Positions 9,421 through 19,801 of a stretch of 64,000 nt of DNA are shown here, one piece after another (position 1 is the stretch's first letter; every line of letters begins with the position of its first letter). The position numbers and the translations under genes are program-made. This DNA comes from Elusimicrobiota bacterium (GTDB lineage Bacteria > Elusimicrobiota > Elusimicrobia > F11), in the NCBI GenBank assembly GCA_044221725.1, contig JBGAON010000002.1:64001-128000 (forward strand), read 5' to 3'. The notes under the pieces are model-generated. The model was not told the origin of the DNA and did no database searches. It worked only from the letters and a program-made list of their open reading frames with translations.

Positions 9421-11341
9421 ACCAAAAGATTTTGCGGGTCTGCGCGTCGGCGCGTTCGAAAGCCGCATGCAGGCCGAGATGACGCGGCTCATTGAAAACC
9501 TGCACGGCGTGCCTTTCGTGGCACCTTCCGTGCGTGAGGTTCCACTCGAAGAGAACAAAGAAGCGTTTCAATTCTGGGACGAACTGAAAGCCGGCCGTGT
9601 TCAAATGATTATTCTCATGACCGGCGTGGGCACAAAAACATTGATCCGCGCTCTGTCCACCAAAGCGCCCACCGCTGACGTTGCTAAAGCGTTTGAGAAG
9701 ACTATTCTTGTCGCGCGCGGCCCGAAGCCATCGAAAGCGCTTGCTGAGTTTGGCTTGTCTCCGACCATTCGAGTTCCAGAGCCCAACACGTGGCGTGACG
9801 TTCTGCGCACGTTGGATGCAACGCGCGATATCACCGGTTTCACGGTCGCTGTTCAAGAATACGGCGAGCCGAATCGAATTTTCTTGGCCGAGCTTGCGGC
9901 CCGCGGAGCGCGCGTGCTGCAAGTTCCGGTCTACCGCGCCGAGTTGCCCGAAGATGCCACACCGCTGCGCGAACAGGTCGAACGCATTGTCCGAGGTGAC
10001 ATTGACGTTCTTCTTTTTACGAACGCCACTCAGGTCGAACACGCGATGGCCATGGCGCGGCAGATTGGGAAAGCCCAAGAATTTCGCGATGCGTTTTACC
10101 GCACGGCCGTTCTGTCTGTTGGTCCTTCGTGTTCGGATATGTTGCGATCGTACGGGCTTCCCGTCGATGCAGAACCGGAGCGACCCATGATGGGTGCGCT
10201 CGTTGCGAAAGCCTCGGAGGTGTCTGCCCAAATTCTCGAAGGCAAGAAAAATGTTTCGGTGATTGTTCCAGCCCGATCAAGTGGTCTTTCAAAACCCGGA
10301 GACGTGCTTCACGAATCGTTGTTGCTCAAAGCCTGCCGCCGAGAAAAAACAGAGCGCACGCCGATTTGGCTCATGCGGCAAGCGGGCCGCTACATGAAGG
10401 AGTACCGCGAGCTGCGCGCAAAAATTTCGTTTTTGGACCTCTGTAAAAATTCGGATTTGGCCGCCGAAGTCACCGTGGACGCCGCGCACCGTCTGGGCGT
10501 CGATGCCGCGATAATTTTTTCAGATCTTCTGCCGATTGTTGAGCCGCTTGGGTTTCGGTTGTCGTACGGCACCGATCAGGGGCCGGTGATTGCGAATCCG
10601 GTGAAAACGGCCGCGGACGTGCAGCGCGTGCAAACACCGGACATTGAGAACACCATGGATTTCGTTTTCAAAGCGATTCGCAAAACACGGCACGCTCTTA
10701 AGCCCGACATTCCTTTGATCGGTTTCGCTGGGGCACCGTTCACGGTCGCGTCGTACCTTATTGAAGGCAAAGGATCCAAGAATTTCGTTGATACGAAACG
10801 GTTCATGGTCGAAGAGAACGCCGCTTGGAACAGCTTGCTCACAAAAATTACCGACGCGACAATTTTGTATTTAAACGCGCAAATCGCCGCTGGTGCGCAA
10901 CTCGTTCAGTTGTTTGATAGTTGGGTTGGATGCTTGGCGCCCGAAGATTTTCGGCAACACGTGTTGCCGCACACGCGTCGACTCGTGAAAAACATAACAC
11001 CGGGCGCGCCGGTCATTACGTTCGGCACGCAGACCGCGGGACTTCTGCCGTTGTTCAAAGAGGTCGGCGGGGACGTTGTGGGGGTTGATTGGCGCATTGA
11101 GCTGGACGCCGCGTGGGAAACGCTCGGGGGGTCGGCGGACGTTGCTATCATGGGAAATTTCGATCCGACAATTTTGTTCTCAAATATCGCCGAGATTCGT
11201 TCGAAAGCGAAACGAATTCTCAATCAAGCGGCCGAGCGTCCCGGTCATATTTTTAACCTTGGCCATGGAATTCTTCCTGGCACGCCGATCGAAAACGTGC
11301 ACGCGCTGATCGCTGCGGTTAAAGAATCAAACGCCCAATGA
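9395..11341 (+). CDS. hemE: Fused uroporphyrinogen-III synthase (HemD) / uroporphyrinogen decarboxylase (HemE)
   Basis: N-terminal ~290 aa are HemD-like (ARGPKP, VPVYR, VGPSCS). C-terminal part is HemE (PIWLMRQAGRYMKEY, FSDLL, IGFAGAPFT, IFNLGHGI). Confidence 0.92.
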   Translation: MKSSPAPAKPKDFAGLRVGAFESRMQAEMTRLIENLHGVPFVAPSVREVPLEENKEAFQFWDELKAGRVQMIILMTGVGTKTLIRALSTKAPTADVAKAFEKTILVARGPKPSKALAEFGLSPTIRVPEPNTWRDVLRTLDATRDITGFTVAVQEYGEPNRIFLAELAARGARVLQVPVYRAELPEDATPLREQVERIVRGDIDVLLFTNATQVEHAMAMARQIGKAQEFRDAFYRTAVLSVGPSCSDMLRSYGLPVDAEPERPMMGALVAKASEVSAQILEGKKNVSVIVPARSSGLSKPGDVLHESLLLKACRREKTERTPIWLMRQAGRYMKEYRELRAKISFLDLCKNSDLAAEVTVDAAHRLGVDAAIIFSDLLPIVEPLGFRLSYGTDQGPVIANPVKTAADVQRVQTPDIENTMDFVFKAIRKTRHALKPDIPLIGFAGAPFTVASYLIEGKGSKNFVDTKRFMVEENAAWNSLLTKITDATILYLNAQIAAGAQLVQLFDSWVGCLAPEDFRQHVLPHTRRLVKNITPGAPVITFGTQTAGLLPLFKEVGGDVVGVDWRIELDAAWETLGGSADVAIMGNFDPTILFSNIAEIRSKAKRILNQAAERPGHIFNLGHGILPGTPIENVHALIAAVKESNAQ

Positions 11342-12711
11342 ACATTTCGCTCGACTTGTTGCGCAAGTACAACGTGCAGGGACCCCGCTACACGTCTTAT
11401 CCGCCGGCGCCGTCGTGGTCGGATGCCATTGGCCCGCGCGAATACCAGCAAGCCATTGCGGATAGCAATAACACTCCGCGGCCGGTGCCGCTGTCGCTTT
11501 ATTTCCATTTGCCGTTTTGCGAAAAGCTTTGTTATTTCTGTGGGTGCACGACGGTCATTACGGGGCGGGATCGGCGCAAGGAAGATCCGTATCTCCAATC
11601 CATTTTTAAAGAAATTGATTGGCTGGGGGACCGTGTTTCAAAGGACCGCGCCGTGGTTCAATTGCATCTTGGCGGTGGAACGCCGACATACAGCTCGGGC
11701 GAAAATCTATCGCAATTGATGGCGCGTGTGCGAAACAAATTTACGCTGGATTCCTCTGCTGAGCTCGGTATTGAAGTCGATCCACGCGTGACCACGGCGG
11801 ATCACTTAAACGCGCTTCGCATGAACGGATTTAACCGTCTCTCTATGGGTGTGCAAGATTTTGATCCACGGGTTCAGAAAGCGATCAATCGCGTGCAGTC
11901 GTTTGACGCAACGCGCCTATTGGTAGCGACCGCACGGTCGATCGGTTTTCAGAGTATCAATATGGATTTGATTTACGGCTTGCCTCACCAAACGGTGGCG
12001 TCGTTCGATGAAACAATCAAAAAGATTTTGGAAATTGGACCGGACCGGCTTGCAATTTATTCGTACGCCCACGTGCCGTGGATGAAAAGACATCAGGAAG
12101 TGATTGCGAAATATTTGCCGGTGGAAAAGGAAAAGTTTGAGATTTTCCTGCGGGCGATGAAACGCTTCACGGAGGCTGGTTTTGATTATATCGGCATGGA
12201 TCATTTCGCGCGACCCGCCGATGAGTTGTCGGTGGCGCGAGCGAACCGGACGTTGTGGCGAAATTTCCAGGGCTATACCACCAAAGCGGGCACGGATTTG
12301 TTTGGGCTTGGCATGAGCGCGATCGGCAATGTGAACGGTGGTTTCTTTCAAAACGCGCGTGAGCTCGTTGCCTATGAAAACGCGGTTGATGCGGGCGGCC
12401 CGGCGACGGTGCGCGGATTTAAATTATCAAAGGACGACGCGGTGCGCTCGCGCGTGATTCAAAATTTGCTGTGTCACGCGGTCGTCGTGAAATCCGAAAT
12501 CGAAAAACAATTCGACATCAAATTCGACTCCTATTTTGCCGAGGCGCTCGGAAGGTTGGCGCCGCTCGCGGCCGATGGTTTGGTAAAAGTCACGGCACAA
12601 GAAATTCGACCCACGGAAATCGGCCGTGTTTTTCTGCGCAATCTCGCTATGCCGTTTGACGCGTATCTTCCGAAGGAAGGCGAGAAAAAAGTTTTTTCAA
12701 GAACGGTATGA
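11338..12711 (+). CDS. hemN: Oxygen-independent coproporphyrinogen III oxidase (radical SAM)
   Basis: 'GPRYTSYPPA', CxxxCxxC 'CEKLCYFCGC', 'GGGTPT', 'RNFQGYTT', C-terminal 'FSRTV'. Confidence 0.96.
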   Translation: MNISLDLLRKYNVQGPRYTSYPPAPSWSDAIGPREYQQAIADSNNTPRPVPLSLYFHLPFCEKLCYFCGCTTVITGRDRRKEDPYLQSIFKEIDWLGDRVSKDRAVVQLHLGGGTPTYSSGENLSQLMARVRNKFTLDSSAELGIEVDPRVTTADHLNALRMNGFNRLSMGVQDFDPRVQKAINRVQSFDATRLLVATARSIGFQSINMDLIYGLPHQTVASFDETIKKILEIGPDRLAIYSYAHVPWMKRHQEVIAKYLPVEKEKFEIFLRAMKRFTEAGFDYIGMDHFARPADELSVARANRTLWRNFQGYTTKAGTDLFGLGMSAIGNVNGGFFQNARELVAYENAVDAGGPATVRGFKLSKDDAVRSRVIQNLLCHAVVVKSEIEKQFDIKFDSYFAEALGRLAPLAADGLVKVTAQEIRPTEIGRVFLRNLAMPFDAYLPKEGEKKVFSRTV

Positions 12712-13397
12712 GAATTCATCGAGAGAGACATCGCACGGATCGTGTTGGATGGTTGCGCGCCGCCGTGCTCGGAGCGAACGACGGGATTGTTTCGACGGCG
12801 AGTTTGCTATTGGGCGTAGCCGCGTCCAACGCGTCCCATAGAAATGTGCTTGTGGCCGGTGTCGCGGCGCTTGTGGCAGGGGCGATGTCGATGGCGGCGG
12901 GCGAATACGTTTCTGTTTATTCGCAGGCGGACACCGAGCGTGCCGATCGCGATCGCGAAAAGCGCGAATTGAAAGAAAATCCGGAGGGCGAACTTCAAGA
13001 ATTGACGGGAATTTACATCGAGCGCGGGCTGGACGAAGCGCTCGCTAAGAAAGTCGCCGTGCAGCTGACGGAACGCAACGCGCTCAGAGCCCATTTGCGC
13101 GATGAGCTCGGCATTACCGAAGCGCTGAGCGCGCGGCCGCTTCAGGCGGCCGTCACATCCGCCATCAGTTTTGCATTGGGAGCGATGTTGCCGTTGGCCG
13201 TGGCGTCTTTGGCGAGCGTCGAATCGTTTACTGTTTTGGTCGGTGGCACATCGTTATTGTTTCTTTCGGTTCTCGGAGGCTTGGCCGCACGTGTTGGAGG
13301 CGCCAGCGTTATCAAGGGCGCGTTGCGCGTCACCTTCTGGAGTACGCTGGCGATGGCGCTCACCACTTTCGTCGGCAAGATGTTCGGCGTTAGCTAA
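12708..13397 (+). CDS. VIT1/CCC1-family iron/manganese transporter
   Basis: 'WLRAAVLGANDGIVS' and 'GAMSMAAGEYVSVYSQ'. Confidence 0.93.
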   Translation: MRIHRERHRTDRVGWLRAAVLGANDGIVSTASLLLGVAASNASHRNVLVAGVAALVAGAMSMAAGEYVSVYSQADTERADRDREKRELKENPEGELQELTGIYIERGLDEALAKKVAVQLTERNALRAHLRDELGITEALSARPLQAAVTSAISFALGAMLPLAVASLASVESFTVLVGGTSLLFLSVLGGLAARVGGASVIKGALRVTFWSTLAMALTTFVGKMFGVS

Positions 13398-14722
13398 GCC
13401 GAGATTTTAGCGGCCAACGCGAGCGCGGCGTTCACGACGTCTCCCACCGAAATTCCACCTCGATAGTTTCCAACAAAAGAAAGTCCCGGATAATTTTGTT
13501 CGGCTTCCTTTAGTTTTCGAAGTCGTTCGGCGTGCCCAATGGTGTATTGAGGAATTGCCTCCGCGTGGCGCGTCAGGCGCGCGAACACCGGTTCGCCGGT
13601 CAACTTCATTGTGGGGCGCAGGTTTTCAAGCGCACGTCGTTTAAGTTCATCATCCGACAAGCGCAGCAACGATGCATTCGCATCACCGCCCATGAACACG
13701 GTCCACAAAACATGATCGTCGGGCGCACGTTCCGGAAAAAGATTCGAGCTCCACAAACAACCGAGGATGTCGGAATTTTCGGTGGGGGCCACAAGATAGC
13801 CAAATCCTTCTTTTGGCGAACCAATTTGGTTTTTCCGAAAACCAAAATGAAGCACGGCAACCGGTGCGTAGCGGATTTCTCGAAGCGCCTCGGCCGCTGC
13901 AGGAGACAGTGGATGAACGATGCGAGCCGATTCTTTGGCCGGGGCTGCGAGGATCACGTGCGTGGCCGAAAGCGTGTGGGAAGAACCAGAAACCTCCCAG
14001 CCCGTTTTTGTCGGCCGCAGGTCGGAAACGGAAAAATTTGTGCGCAGTTCGTTGCCGATTCGTGCGGCCATTTCTTTTGTCAACGTTTCAATACCCTGGC
14101 GAAACGAAACCAGGCCGCGGGGGGTCGCGCGACTGGCTTTCGGTTTGCCCGAGCGAAGCATTCCTTTCAGCAGGCTCCCAAAATTTTTTTCCCATTCATG
14201 TAGCTTTGGGAACGCGCTCCATGCCGAAAGTTTGGAGACGTCGCCGGCCCACACACCTGAAACAAAAGGAGCAATAAGTCTATCGGTCACTTCTTCACCG
14301 AGTCGTCGTTTCGCGAACGCGAGCAACGTTTCCTCGTGATTGGACTCGTCAAACGGCACGAACGGTTCTCTGAGCAGTCGCAGTTTGCCGCGCAACGTGA
14401 GCAGCGAACTGGTGAACAGCATTAGCGGCGATAACGGCACGGCGTGCAGAGCGCCATTGTGAAGGACGTAACGCGGCGTGCGAGGGCTCTTGATGAGCAG
14501 TTGGGATTCGAGTCCGAGCGTGTGAACCAAATTGATCAAGTTCGGCGTCGATTGAATTGTGTTTGGCCCAAACTCAAGGAAAAAACCGTGGTCCTGTTCG
14601 GTACGAACAGCGCCGCCGGCCCGGTCCGATTTCTCAAGAACCGTTACCGAAACGCCCGTTTCTTTTAATGCGACAGCGGCTGTGAGGCCAGCCAAACCGC
14701 TGCCGATAATGACCACCTTCAT
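13394..14722 (-). CDS. hemY: Protoporphyrinogen/coproporphyrinogen oxidase (HemY)
   Basis: Start at 'MKVVIIGSGLAGL' (FAD-binding GxGxxG); 'EFGPNT', 'PFVSGVWAGD', 'GFGYLV', 'AIPQYTIGH'. The ORF track extension to 15106 overlaps rmlB and is spurious. Confidence 0.92.
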   Translation of the reverse strand: MKVVIIGSGLAGLTAAVALKETGVSVTVLEKSDRAGGAVRTEQDHGFFLEFGPNTIQSTPNLINLVHTLGLESQLLIKSPRTPRYVLHNGALHAVPLSPLMLFTSSLLTLRGKLRLLREPFVPFDESNHEETLLAFAKRRLGEEVTDRLIAPFVSGVWAGDVSKLSAWSAFPKLHEWEKNFGSLLKGMLRSGKPKASRATPRGLVSFRQGIETLTKEMAARIGNELRTNFSVSDLRPTKTGWEVSGSSHTLSATHVILAAPAKESARIVHPLSPAAAEALREIRYAPVAVLHFGFRKNQIGSPKEGFGYLVAPTENSDILGCLWSSNLFPERAPDDHVLWTVFMGGDANASLLRLSDDELKRRALENLRPTMKLTGEPVFARLTRHAEAIPQYTIGHAERLRKLKEAEQNYPGLSFVGNYRGGISVGDVVNAALALAAKISA

Positions 14723-14765
14723 ATTCCCATCATTCAATATAAATTTGATATTAACCACCCCTGAC

Positions 14766-15827
14766 ATGAAAACAATAATTGTCACGGGCGGCGCTGGTTT
14801 TATTGGTTCGAACTTTGTGCGGCTTGCGTTAAAGAAAACGCAAGATCGTGTGGTCGTTGTCGATAAACTCACGTACGCCGGCAATCTCGCCAGTTTGAAA
14901 GATGTTTCATCGGGACCGCGCTTCAAGTTTGTTGAAGCGGACATTGCGGATGCAACCGCGATGAAAAATCTCTTCCGCGACGTGGAACCGACCGCCCTGA
15001 TTAATTTCGCTGCCGAGACCCATGTTGATCGATCCATTGACGGCCCGCACGCGTTTATTAACACAAATCTCATGGGCACGTTTGTGCTGCTCGAGGCGGC
15101 CCGCAAATATTTCGGAACCGCTTCCGATGAATGCAGGAAAGATTTTCGTTTCCTCCATGTCTCGACCGACGAAGTTTACGGATCGCTCGGCAAAACAGGA
15201 CTTTTCACCGAAGAAACGACTTACGAACCAAATTCTCCATACTCGGCGTCCAAGGCGGGCGCGGATCATTTGGTGCGCGCCTATTTCGCGACGTACGGTT
15301 TGCCCGCGTTCGTGACAAATTGCTCAAACAATTACGGTCCCTTTCAATTTCCCGAAAAACTAATTCCTCTCACGATCATGAACGCGCTCGAACAAAAACC
15401 GTTACCGATTTATGGCGACGGTGGCAACGTCCGTGATTGGCTGTTCGTCGAAGATCATTGCGAAGCGCTGATGCTCGCGCTTGCCAAGGGGAAGCCCGGC
15501 GAGAAATACAACATTGGTGGAAGCGCCGAACGCACGAACCTCCAGGTTGTCGACAAAATTTGCGCGCTGCTCGACAAATTTCAGCCGTTGGGGGCCAAAC
15601 GCAGCTACAAAGATTTAAAGACGTTCGTTCAAGACCGGCCGGGCCACGACCGGCGGTACGCGATCGATGCATCAAAGTTTCGCAGGGAGACCGGTTGGAA
15701 GCCTTCGCACGATTTTGATTCCGGACTCGAACAAACCGTTCGCTGGTACATGGAAAACAAAACATGGTGCGAAACGGTTCAATCCGGAAAATATCGTCGG
15801 GAACGATTGGGGCTCGCGAAATCATGA
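14766..15827 (+). CDS. rfbB: dTDP-glucose 4,6-dehydratase
   Basis: '[12 protein letters not shown]', 'DKLTYAGN', '[10 protein letters not shown]', 'STDEVYG', 'YSASK', '[12 protein letters not shown]'; ATG at 14766. Confidence 0.97.
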   Translation: MKTIIVTGGAGFIGSNFVRLALKKTQDRVVVVDKLTYAGNLASLKDVSSGPRFKFVEADIADATAMKNLFRDVEPTALINFAAETHVDRSIDGPHAFINTNLMGTFVLLEAARKYFGTASDECRKDFRFLHVSTDEVYGSLGKTGLFTEETTYEPNSPYSASKAGADHLVRAYFATYGLPAFVTNCSNNYGPFQFPEKLIPLTIMNALEQKPLPIYGDGGNVRDWLFVEDHCEALMLALAKGKPGEKYNIGGSAERTNLQVVDKICALLDKFQPLGAKRSYKDLKTFVQDRPGHDRRYAIDASKFRRETGWKPSHDFDSGLEQTVRWYMENKTWCETVQSGKYRRERLGLAKS

Positions 15828-16699
15828 AAGGCATAATTCTTGCGGGGGGCGCTGGTACACGGCTTTATCCGCTCACGCGGGCGGTCAGTAAACAGTTGGT
15901 GCCCATATACGATAAGCCAATGATTTATTACCCCTTATCGATTTTGATGCTCGCGGGCATTCGTGACATTTTAGTGATCACAACGCCGCACGAACAAGAC
16001 GGTTTTCGTCGTTTGTTATCGGACGGCAGTTGGTTGGGGCTGCGGATTCAATACGCGACGCAGGCAAAGCCGCGCGGCATTGCCGATGCTTTTCTTGTTG
16101 GTCAACATTTTATTGGCAACGACCGCGTCGCGCTGATACTCGGCGATAATATTTTCTATGGCCACGGATTGCCGAAACAACTTCGCACGGCGGCGGCCCG
16201 CAAAAGTGGTGCCACCGTTTTTGGTTATCAAGTGAGCGATCCCGAGCGTTACGGCGTTGTCACCTTCAACGCGAAAGACAAAGCGGTCAAAATTGAAGAG
16301 AAACCGAAAAATCCAACGTCGTCCTTCGCGGTGACGGGACTTTATTTTTATGACAACGATGTGGTGAAGATTGCGAAAAATCTGAAGCCGTCCAAGCGCG
16401 GCGAACTCGAAATTACCGACGTGAACGATGCCTATTTAAAACGCGGGCGACTTCACGTTGAAAAGCTCGGGCGCGGGATCGCGTGGCTCGACACCGGAAC
16501 GCACGCCTCGCTGCTCCAGGCAAGCAATTTCATTGAAACCATTCAGTCGCGTCAGGGGCTCATTGTTTCGTGCGTCGAAGAAATTGCCTTTAAACTCGGC
16601 AACATCAGCGCGGACAAATTGCGCGAACTCGCGAAGGTAATGGAATCGAACGGGTACGGACAGTATCTCATGCGTGTGGCCAACGGGACGATTCTCTAA
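15824..16699 (+). CDS. rfbA: Glucose-1-phosphate thymidylyltransferase
   Basis: '[18 protein letters not shown]', '[18 protein letters not shown]', 'RGELEITD', 'WLDTGT'. Confidence 0.97.
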   Translation: MKGIILAGGAGTRLYPLTRAVSKQLVPIYDKPMIYYPLSILMLAGIRDILVITTPHEQDGFRRLLSDGSWLGLRIQYATQAKPRGIADAFLVGQHFIGNDRVALILGDNIFYGHGLPKQLRTAAARKSGATVFGYQVSDPERYGVVTFNAKDKAVKIEEKPKNPTSSFAVTGLYFYDNDVVKIAKNLKPSKRGELEITDVNDAYLKRGRLHVEKLGRGIAWLDTGTHASLLQASNFIETIQSRQGLIVSCVEEIAFKLGNISADKLRELAKVMESNGYGQYLMRVANGTIL

Positions 16700-16700
16700 C

Positions 16701-17264
16701 ATGAAATTTGTGCCCACCGATCTTCCGGGCGTGATGATCATCGAACCGGTCGTTTTTCGAGATGATCGCGGCTTTTTCTTTGAGAATTATCATAAAAAAA
16801 GATTTGTTGAAGCCGGGATCACGTTGCCGTTCGTTCAAGACAATATTTCCAGGTCCACAAAAGGAACGCTGCGCGGTTTGCATTTGCAATTGCGGCAGCC
16901 TCAGGGAAAATTGATCCGCGCAATTGCCGGTGAAATTTTTGATGTGGCAGTCGACGTGCGCGTTGGTTCTCCCACGTTTAAGAAATGGGTATCGGTGAGA
17001 CTCTCAGCGGACAATTTCAAAATGATCTATGTGCCGCCCGGTTTTGCGCACGGGTTTTACACGCTCAGCGACGTGGCGGACGTTGGGTACAAATGCACCG
17101 ACTTTTACGATGGCCCCGGCGAGGGCGGTATCGCTTGGAATGATCCTGAAATTGGCATTGATTGGCCGAACATGTCGCCGCTTCTTTCTGCAAAAGACCA
17201 AAAGTGGCCGAAAATTAAAGACGCCATCGAACAGCTCTCCGGTTACCCTGCCTATCGAACATGA
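16701..17264 (+). CDS. rfbC: dTDP-4-dehydrorhamnose 3,5-epimerase
   Basis: 'FRDDRGFFFE', 'GTLRGLHLQ', 'DVAVDVRVGSPTF', 'GFAHGF'. Confidence 0.96.
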   Translation: MKFVPTDLPGVMIIEPVVFRDDRGFFFENYHKKRFVEAGITLPFVQDNISRSTKGTLRGLHLQLRQPQGKLIRAIAGEIFDVAVDVRVGSPTFKKWVSVRLSADNFKMIYVPPGFAHGFYTLSDVADVGYKCTDFYDGPGEGGIAWNDPEIGIDWPNMSPLLSAKDQKWPKIKDAIEQLSGYPAYRT

Positions 17265-18136
17265 AAATCTTGTTAACGGGCGCCTCGGGCCAGTTGGGGC
17301 GCGCGCTTCAGGCTCAAGGCGCGGTTCACAACGGTTATCAGTTCGTTTCGTTTTCACATTCCCAGCTCGATATTGCATCGCTCGCATCGGTAAAAAAATG
17401 TGTCGAGAAAGTGGCGCCCGATGTGGTTATAAACTGCGCCGCCTACAATTTTGTTGATCAAGCCGAAGATGATCGCGATGCGGCGTTTGCGGTCAATGAG
17501 AGGGGCCCCGAAAATCTCGCCAAAACGACCGCCGCGCTAAAAATTCCGCTTGTCCATGTTTCCACGGACTTTGTGTTCGACGGACAAAAGAAATCACCGT
17601 TTGTCGAAAGCGATGCGCCGCATCCGCTTGGGGTTTACGCGCAAAGCAAACTGGCCGGCGAGAAGGCGGTTTTGCAACACAATTCGGCAAGTTACGTCGT
17701 GCGAACCGCTTGGGTGTATCTGATGGGAGGGAGGAATTTTTTGGCCACGCTTCCAACACTTACCGAAAAAAACGATTTAAAAATCGTAAGCGATCAATTC
17801 GGTTCGCCGACCTATGCCCCGCATCTCGCACGAAGAATTCTCGATTTGTTGGACCAACGGGCAGCGTTTGGGCTTTATCACATGGCCGGACGGGGGGGCG
17901 CGTCACGCTTTCAATTTGCCGTCAAATTTTTTGATCTCATGAACATTAACAAAGTCATCGTGCCGATCTCGGCAACGCTTTTCCCGCAAAAAGCGCGCCG
18001 GCCCGATTATTCGGTTCTCGATACGGAACGCGGTGAAATCTTTCGATTGCCCAGTTGGGAACAGGGGGTGACGGATTTTGTTAAGGATCTAAAGAAGCAA
18101 TCGCGGGAACAGGGAGTTTCTTACCATGGAATGTGA
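17261..18136 (+). CDS. rfbD: dTDP-4-dehydrorhamnose reductase
   Basis: 'ILLTGASGQLG', 'NCAAY..VD', 'STDFVFDG', 'YAQSKLAGE', 'DQFGSPT'. Confidence 0.95.
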   Translation: MKILLTGASGQLGRALQAQGAVHNGYQFVSFSHSQLDIASLASVKKCVEKVAPDVVINCAAYNFVDQAEDDRDAAFAVNERGPENLAKTTAALKIPLVHVSTDFVFDGQKKSPFVESDAPHPLGVYAQSKLAGEKAVLQHNSASYVVRTAWVYLMGGRNFLATLPTLTEKNDLKIVSDQFGSPTYAPHLARRILDLLDQRAAFGLYHMAGRGGASRFQFAVKFFDLMNINKVIVPISATLFPQKARRPDYSVLDTERGEIFRLPSWEQGVTDFVKDLKKQSREQGVSYHGM

Positions 18137-18551
18137 ATTTCCAAAAATAAACGCGTCGGGTGACGACATGCGCGACATTCTTATGTCGGCCAAAAATATC
18201 GCGGTGGTTGGCATCTCGCCGAAAGAAGATCGGCCCAGCCATCGAATCGCTCGGTATTTGATGGATCAAGGGTACCGTGTGTTCGGTGTGAATCCCGGTA
18301 TCAGCGAGCTTTTTGGCCAAAAGGTTTACAAGTCGGTGTTGGATATTCCGGAGCCAATTGATGTTGTGGATATTTTTCGTTCCGCCGATGCCGTGCCAGA
18401 GATTGTGGAAGAAGCCATTCAGAAAAAGGCCAAAGTTATTTGGATGCAGCTCGGAATTGTGAACAACGCAGCGGCCGATCGTGCGCGCGCAGCGGGACTG
18501 AAAGTTGTGATGAACACATGCATTTCGGTGGCTCATTCCATGTATCTATGA
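18126..18551 (+). CDS. CoA-binding protein (YccU-like)
   Basis: 'IAVVGISPKEDRPS', 'VNP', 'DVVDIFR', 'IWMQLGI', 'VVMNTC'. Confidence 0.9.
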   Translation: MECEFPKINASGDDMRDILMSAKNIAVVGISPKEDRPSHRIARYLMDQGYRVFGVNPGISELFGQKVYKSVLDIPEPIDVVDIFRSADAVPEIVEEAIQKKAKVIWMQLGIVNNAAADRARAAGLKVVMNTCISVAHSMYL

Positions 18552-19771
18552 AATGGTATTCAACGCTTCATTCGTCGGCGTCGTTGGAGCGCGCGCTGCG
18601 CGCGGCGGCACGCGACGTCAAGGCGCGGCTAAATTCGCCACGCGCCGATCTCGGACTGTTGTTTATCTCGGCCGGATACCGCGCGGACGCTGTTGATTTG
18701 TGGCCGGTCCTCAAGGAAGAATTGCAGGTCAAACACTTGCTCGGGTGCACGGGCGGCGGCGTCATTGGCGGTGGCAAAGAAGTGGAAGAGCAATCCGCTG
18801 TGAGTTTGTCGGCGGCAATTCTGCCCGACGTTGAGATCACGCCGTTCGTGGTTCAGCAGGAAATGATGCCAACGCCAGACGTCGGTCCGAAAGCGTGGCG
18901 CGATCTTGTAAAAACCTCTCCTGACAAATCCCCCAGCTTTTTGATTCTTTCCGATCCGTTTTCGCTCGATGCGGATGCGCTCGTGGCCGGCCTTGATTTC
19001 GCATTTCCGAACGCTGTTAAAGTGGGCGGGCTCGCGTCGGGTGGAATGAGTCCCAATGAAAATCTTTTGTTGTCCGATGAGAAAATTCTGTCAAAAGGCG
19101 CCGTGGGGGTCGCGCTGTCCGGTGATGTGTTTGTCGAAGCGGTTGTCGCCCAAGGCTGTCGTCCCATTGGCGAACCGCTCAAAGTCACGGAATCCGACGG
19201 AAACATATTGATCAGCGTGGATAACAAATCGCCGCTCACCTATATTCAAGAGCTCTACGAGCGTTTGGAACCGAAGGATCAGGAATTGATTCAGACGTCG
19301 CTTTTTTTGGGCCTGCTCATGGATCCGTTCAACGCGTCGCCCAAACAAGGAGATTTCTTGATTCGCAACATTATCGGCTTGGATCAGAAAAAGGGAATCT
19401 TTGCGATCGGCGCGGGGCTTCGACCCGGTCAGACGGTGCAGTTCCATCTGCGCGACGCGAGCACATCGCGCGATGACATGAACATGATGCTCGCGAAATC
19501 GCAATCGGCGCAGCTTCGCACGATGGCGTCGGGGAATCCGTCGGAATCGGCGGCGATACTTTTTTCCTGTTTGGGTCGGGGCAAACGACTCTACGGGGAA
19601 CCGAATCACGATTCGTCTTTGTTGAAGTCCGTAATGGGAGATATTCCGGTCGGCGGTTTCTTCTGCAACGGAGAGATTGGTCCCGTCGGCGGTAAAACGT
19701 ATTTGCATGGTTACACAAGTTCAATCGCTGTTTTCTCACCGAAAAAAACCACGAACAAACATTCGTCGTAG
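18548..19771 (+). CDS. FIST (FIST_N + FIST_C) domain protein
   Basis: 'GCTGGGVIG', 'DPFS', 'GGLASG', 'VAQGCRPIG', 'FSCLGRG', 'GFFCNGEIGP'; ATG at 18548 overlaps the upstream stop. Confidence 0.88.
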   Translation: MKWYSTLHSSASLERALRAAARDVKARLNSPRADLGLLFISAGYRADAVDLWPVLKEELQVKHLLGCTGGGVIGGGKEVEEQSAVSLSAAILPDVEITPFVVQQEMMPTPDVGPKAWRDLVKTSPDKSPSFLILSDPFSLDADALVAGLDFAFPNAVKVGGLASGGMSPNENLLLSDEKILSKGAVGVALSGDVFVEAVVAQGCRPIGEPLKVTESDGNILISVDNKSPLTYIQELYERLEPKDQELIQTSLFLGLLMDPFNASPKQGDFLIRNIIGLDQKKGIFAIGAGLRPGQTVQFHLRDASTSRDDMNMMLAKSQSAQLRTMASGNPSESAAILFSCLGRGKRLYGEPNHDSSLLKSVMGDIPVGGFFCNGEIGPVGGKTYLHGYTSSIAVFSPKKTTNKHSS

Positions 19772-19801
19772 GCGTAAAACAGCAAAAGGAGAAGAGGTTT
19801 C

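Noticed and set aside
8653..10231. Long antisense ORFs (8653-9558, 9392-10231; likewise 36764-37573, 39632-40408, 45307-46161, 52396-53337, 56844-57623)
   Set aside because: They lie opposite well-supported genes, have no recognisable motifs, and are expected shadows in GC-rich coding DNA.
14723..15106. 128-aa N-terminal extension of hemY in the ORF track, and the matching extension of rfbB from 14559
   Set aside because: Each is antisense read-through into the other gene; family homology starts at MKVVIIG (14722) and MKTIIVTGG (14766).
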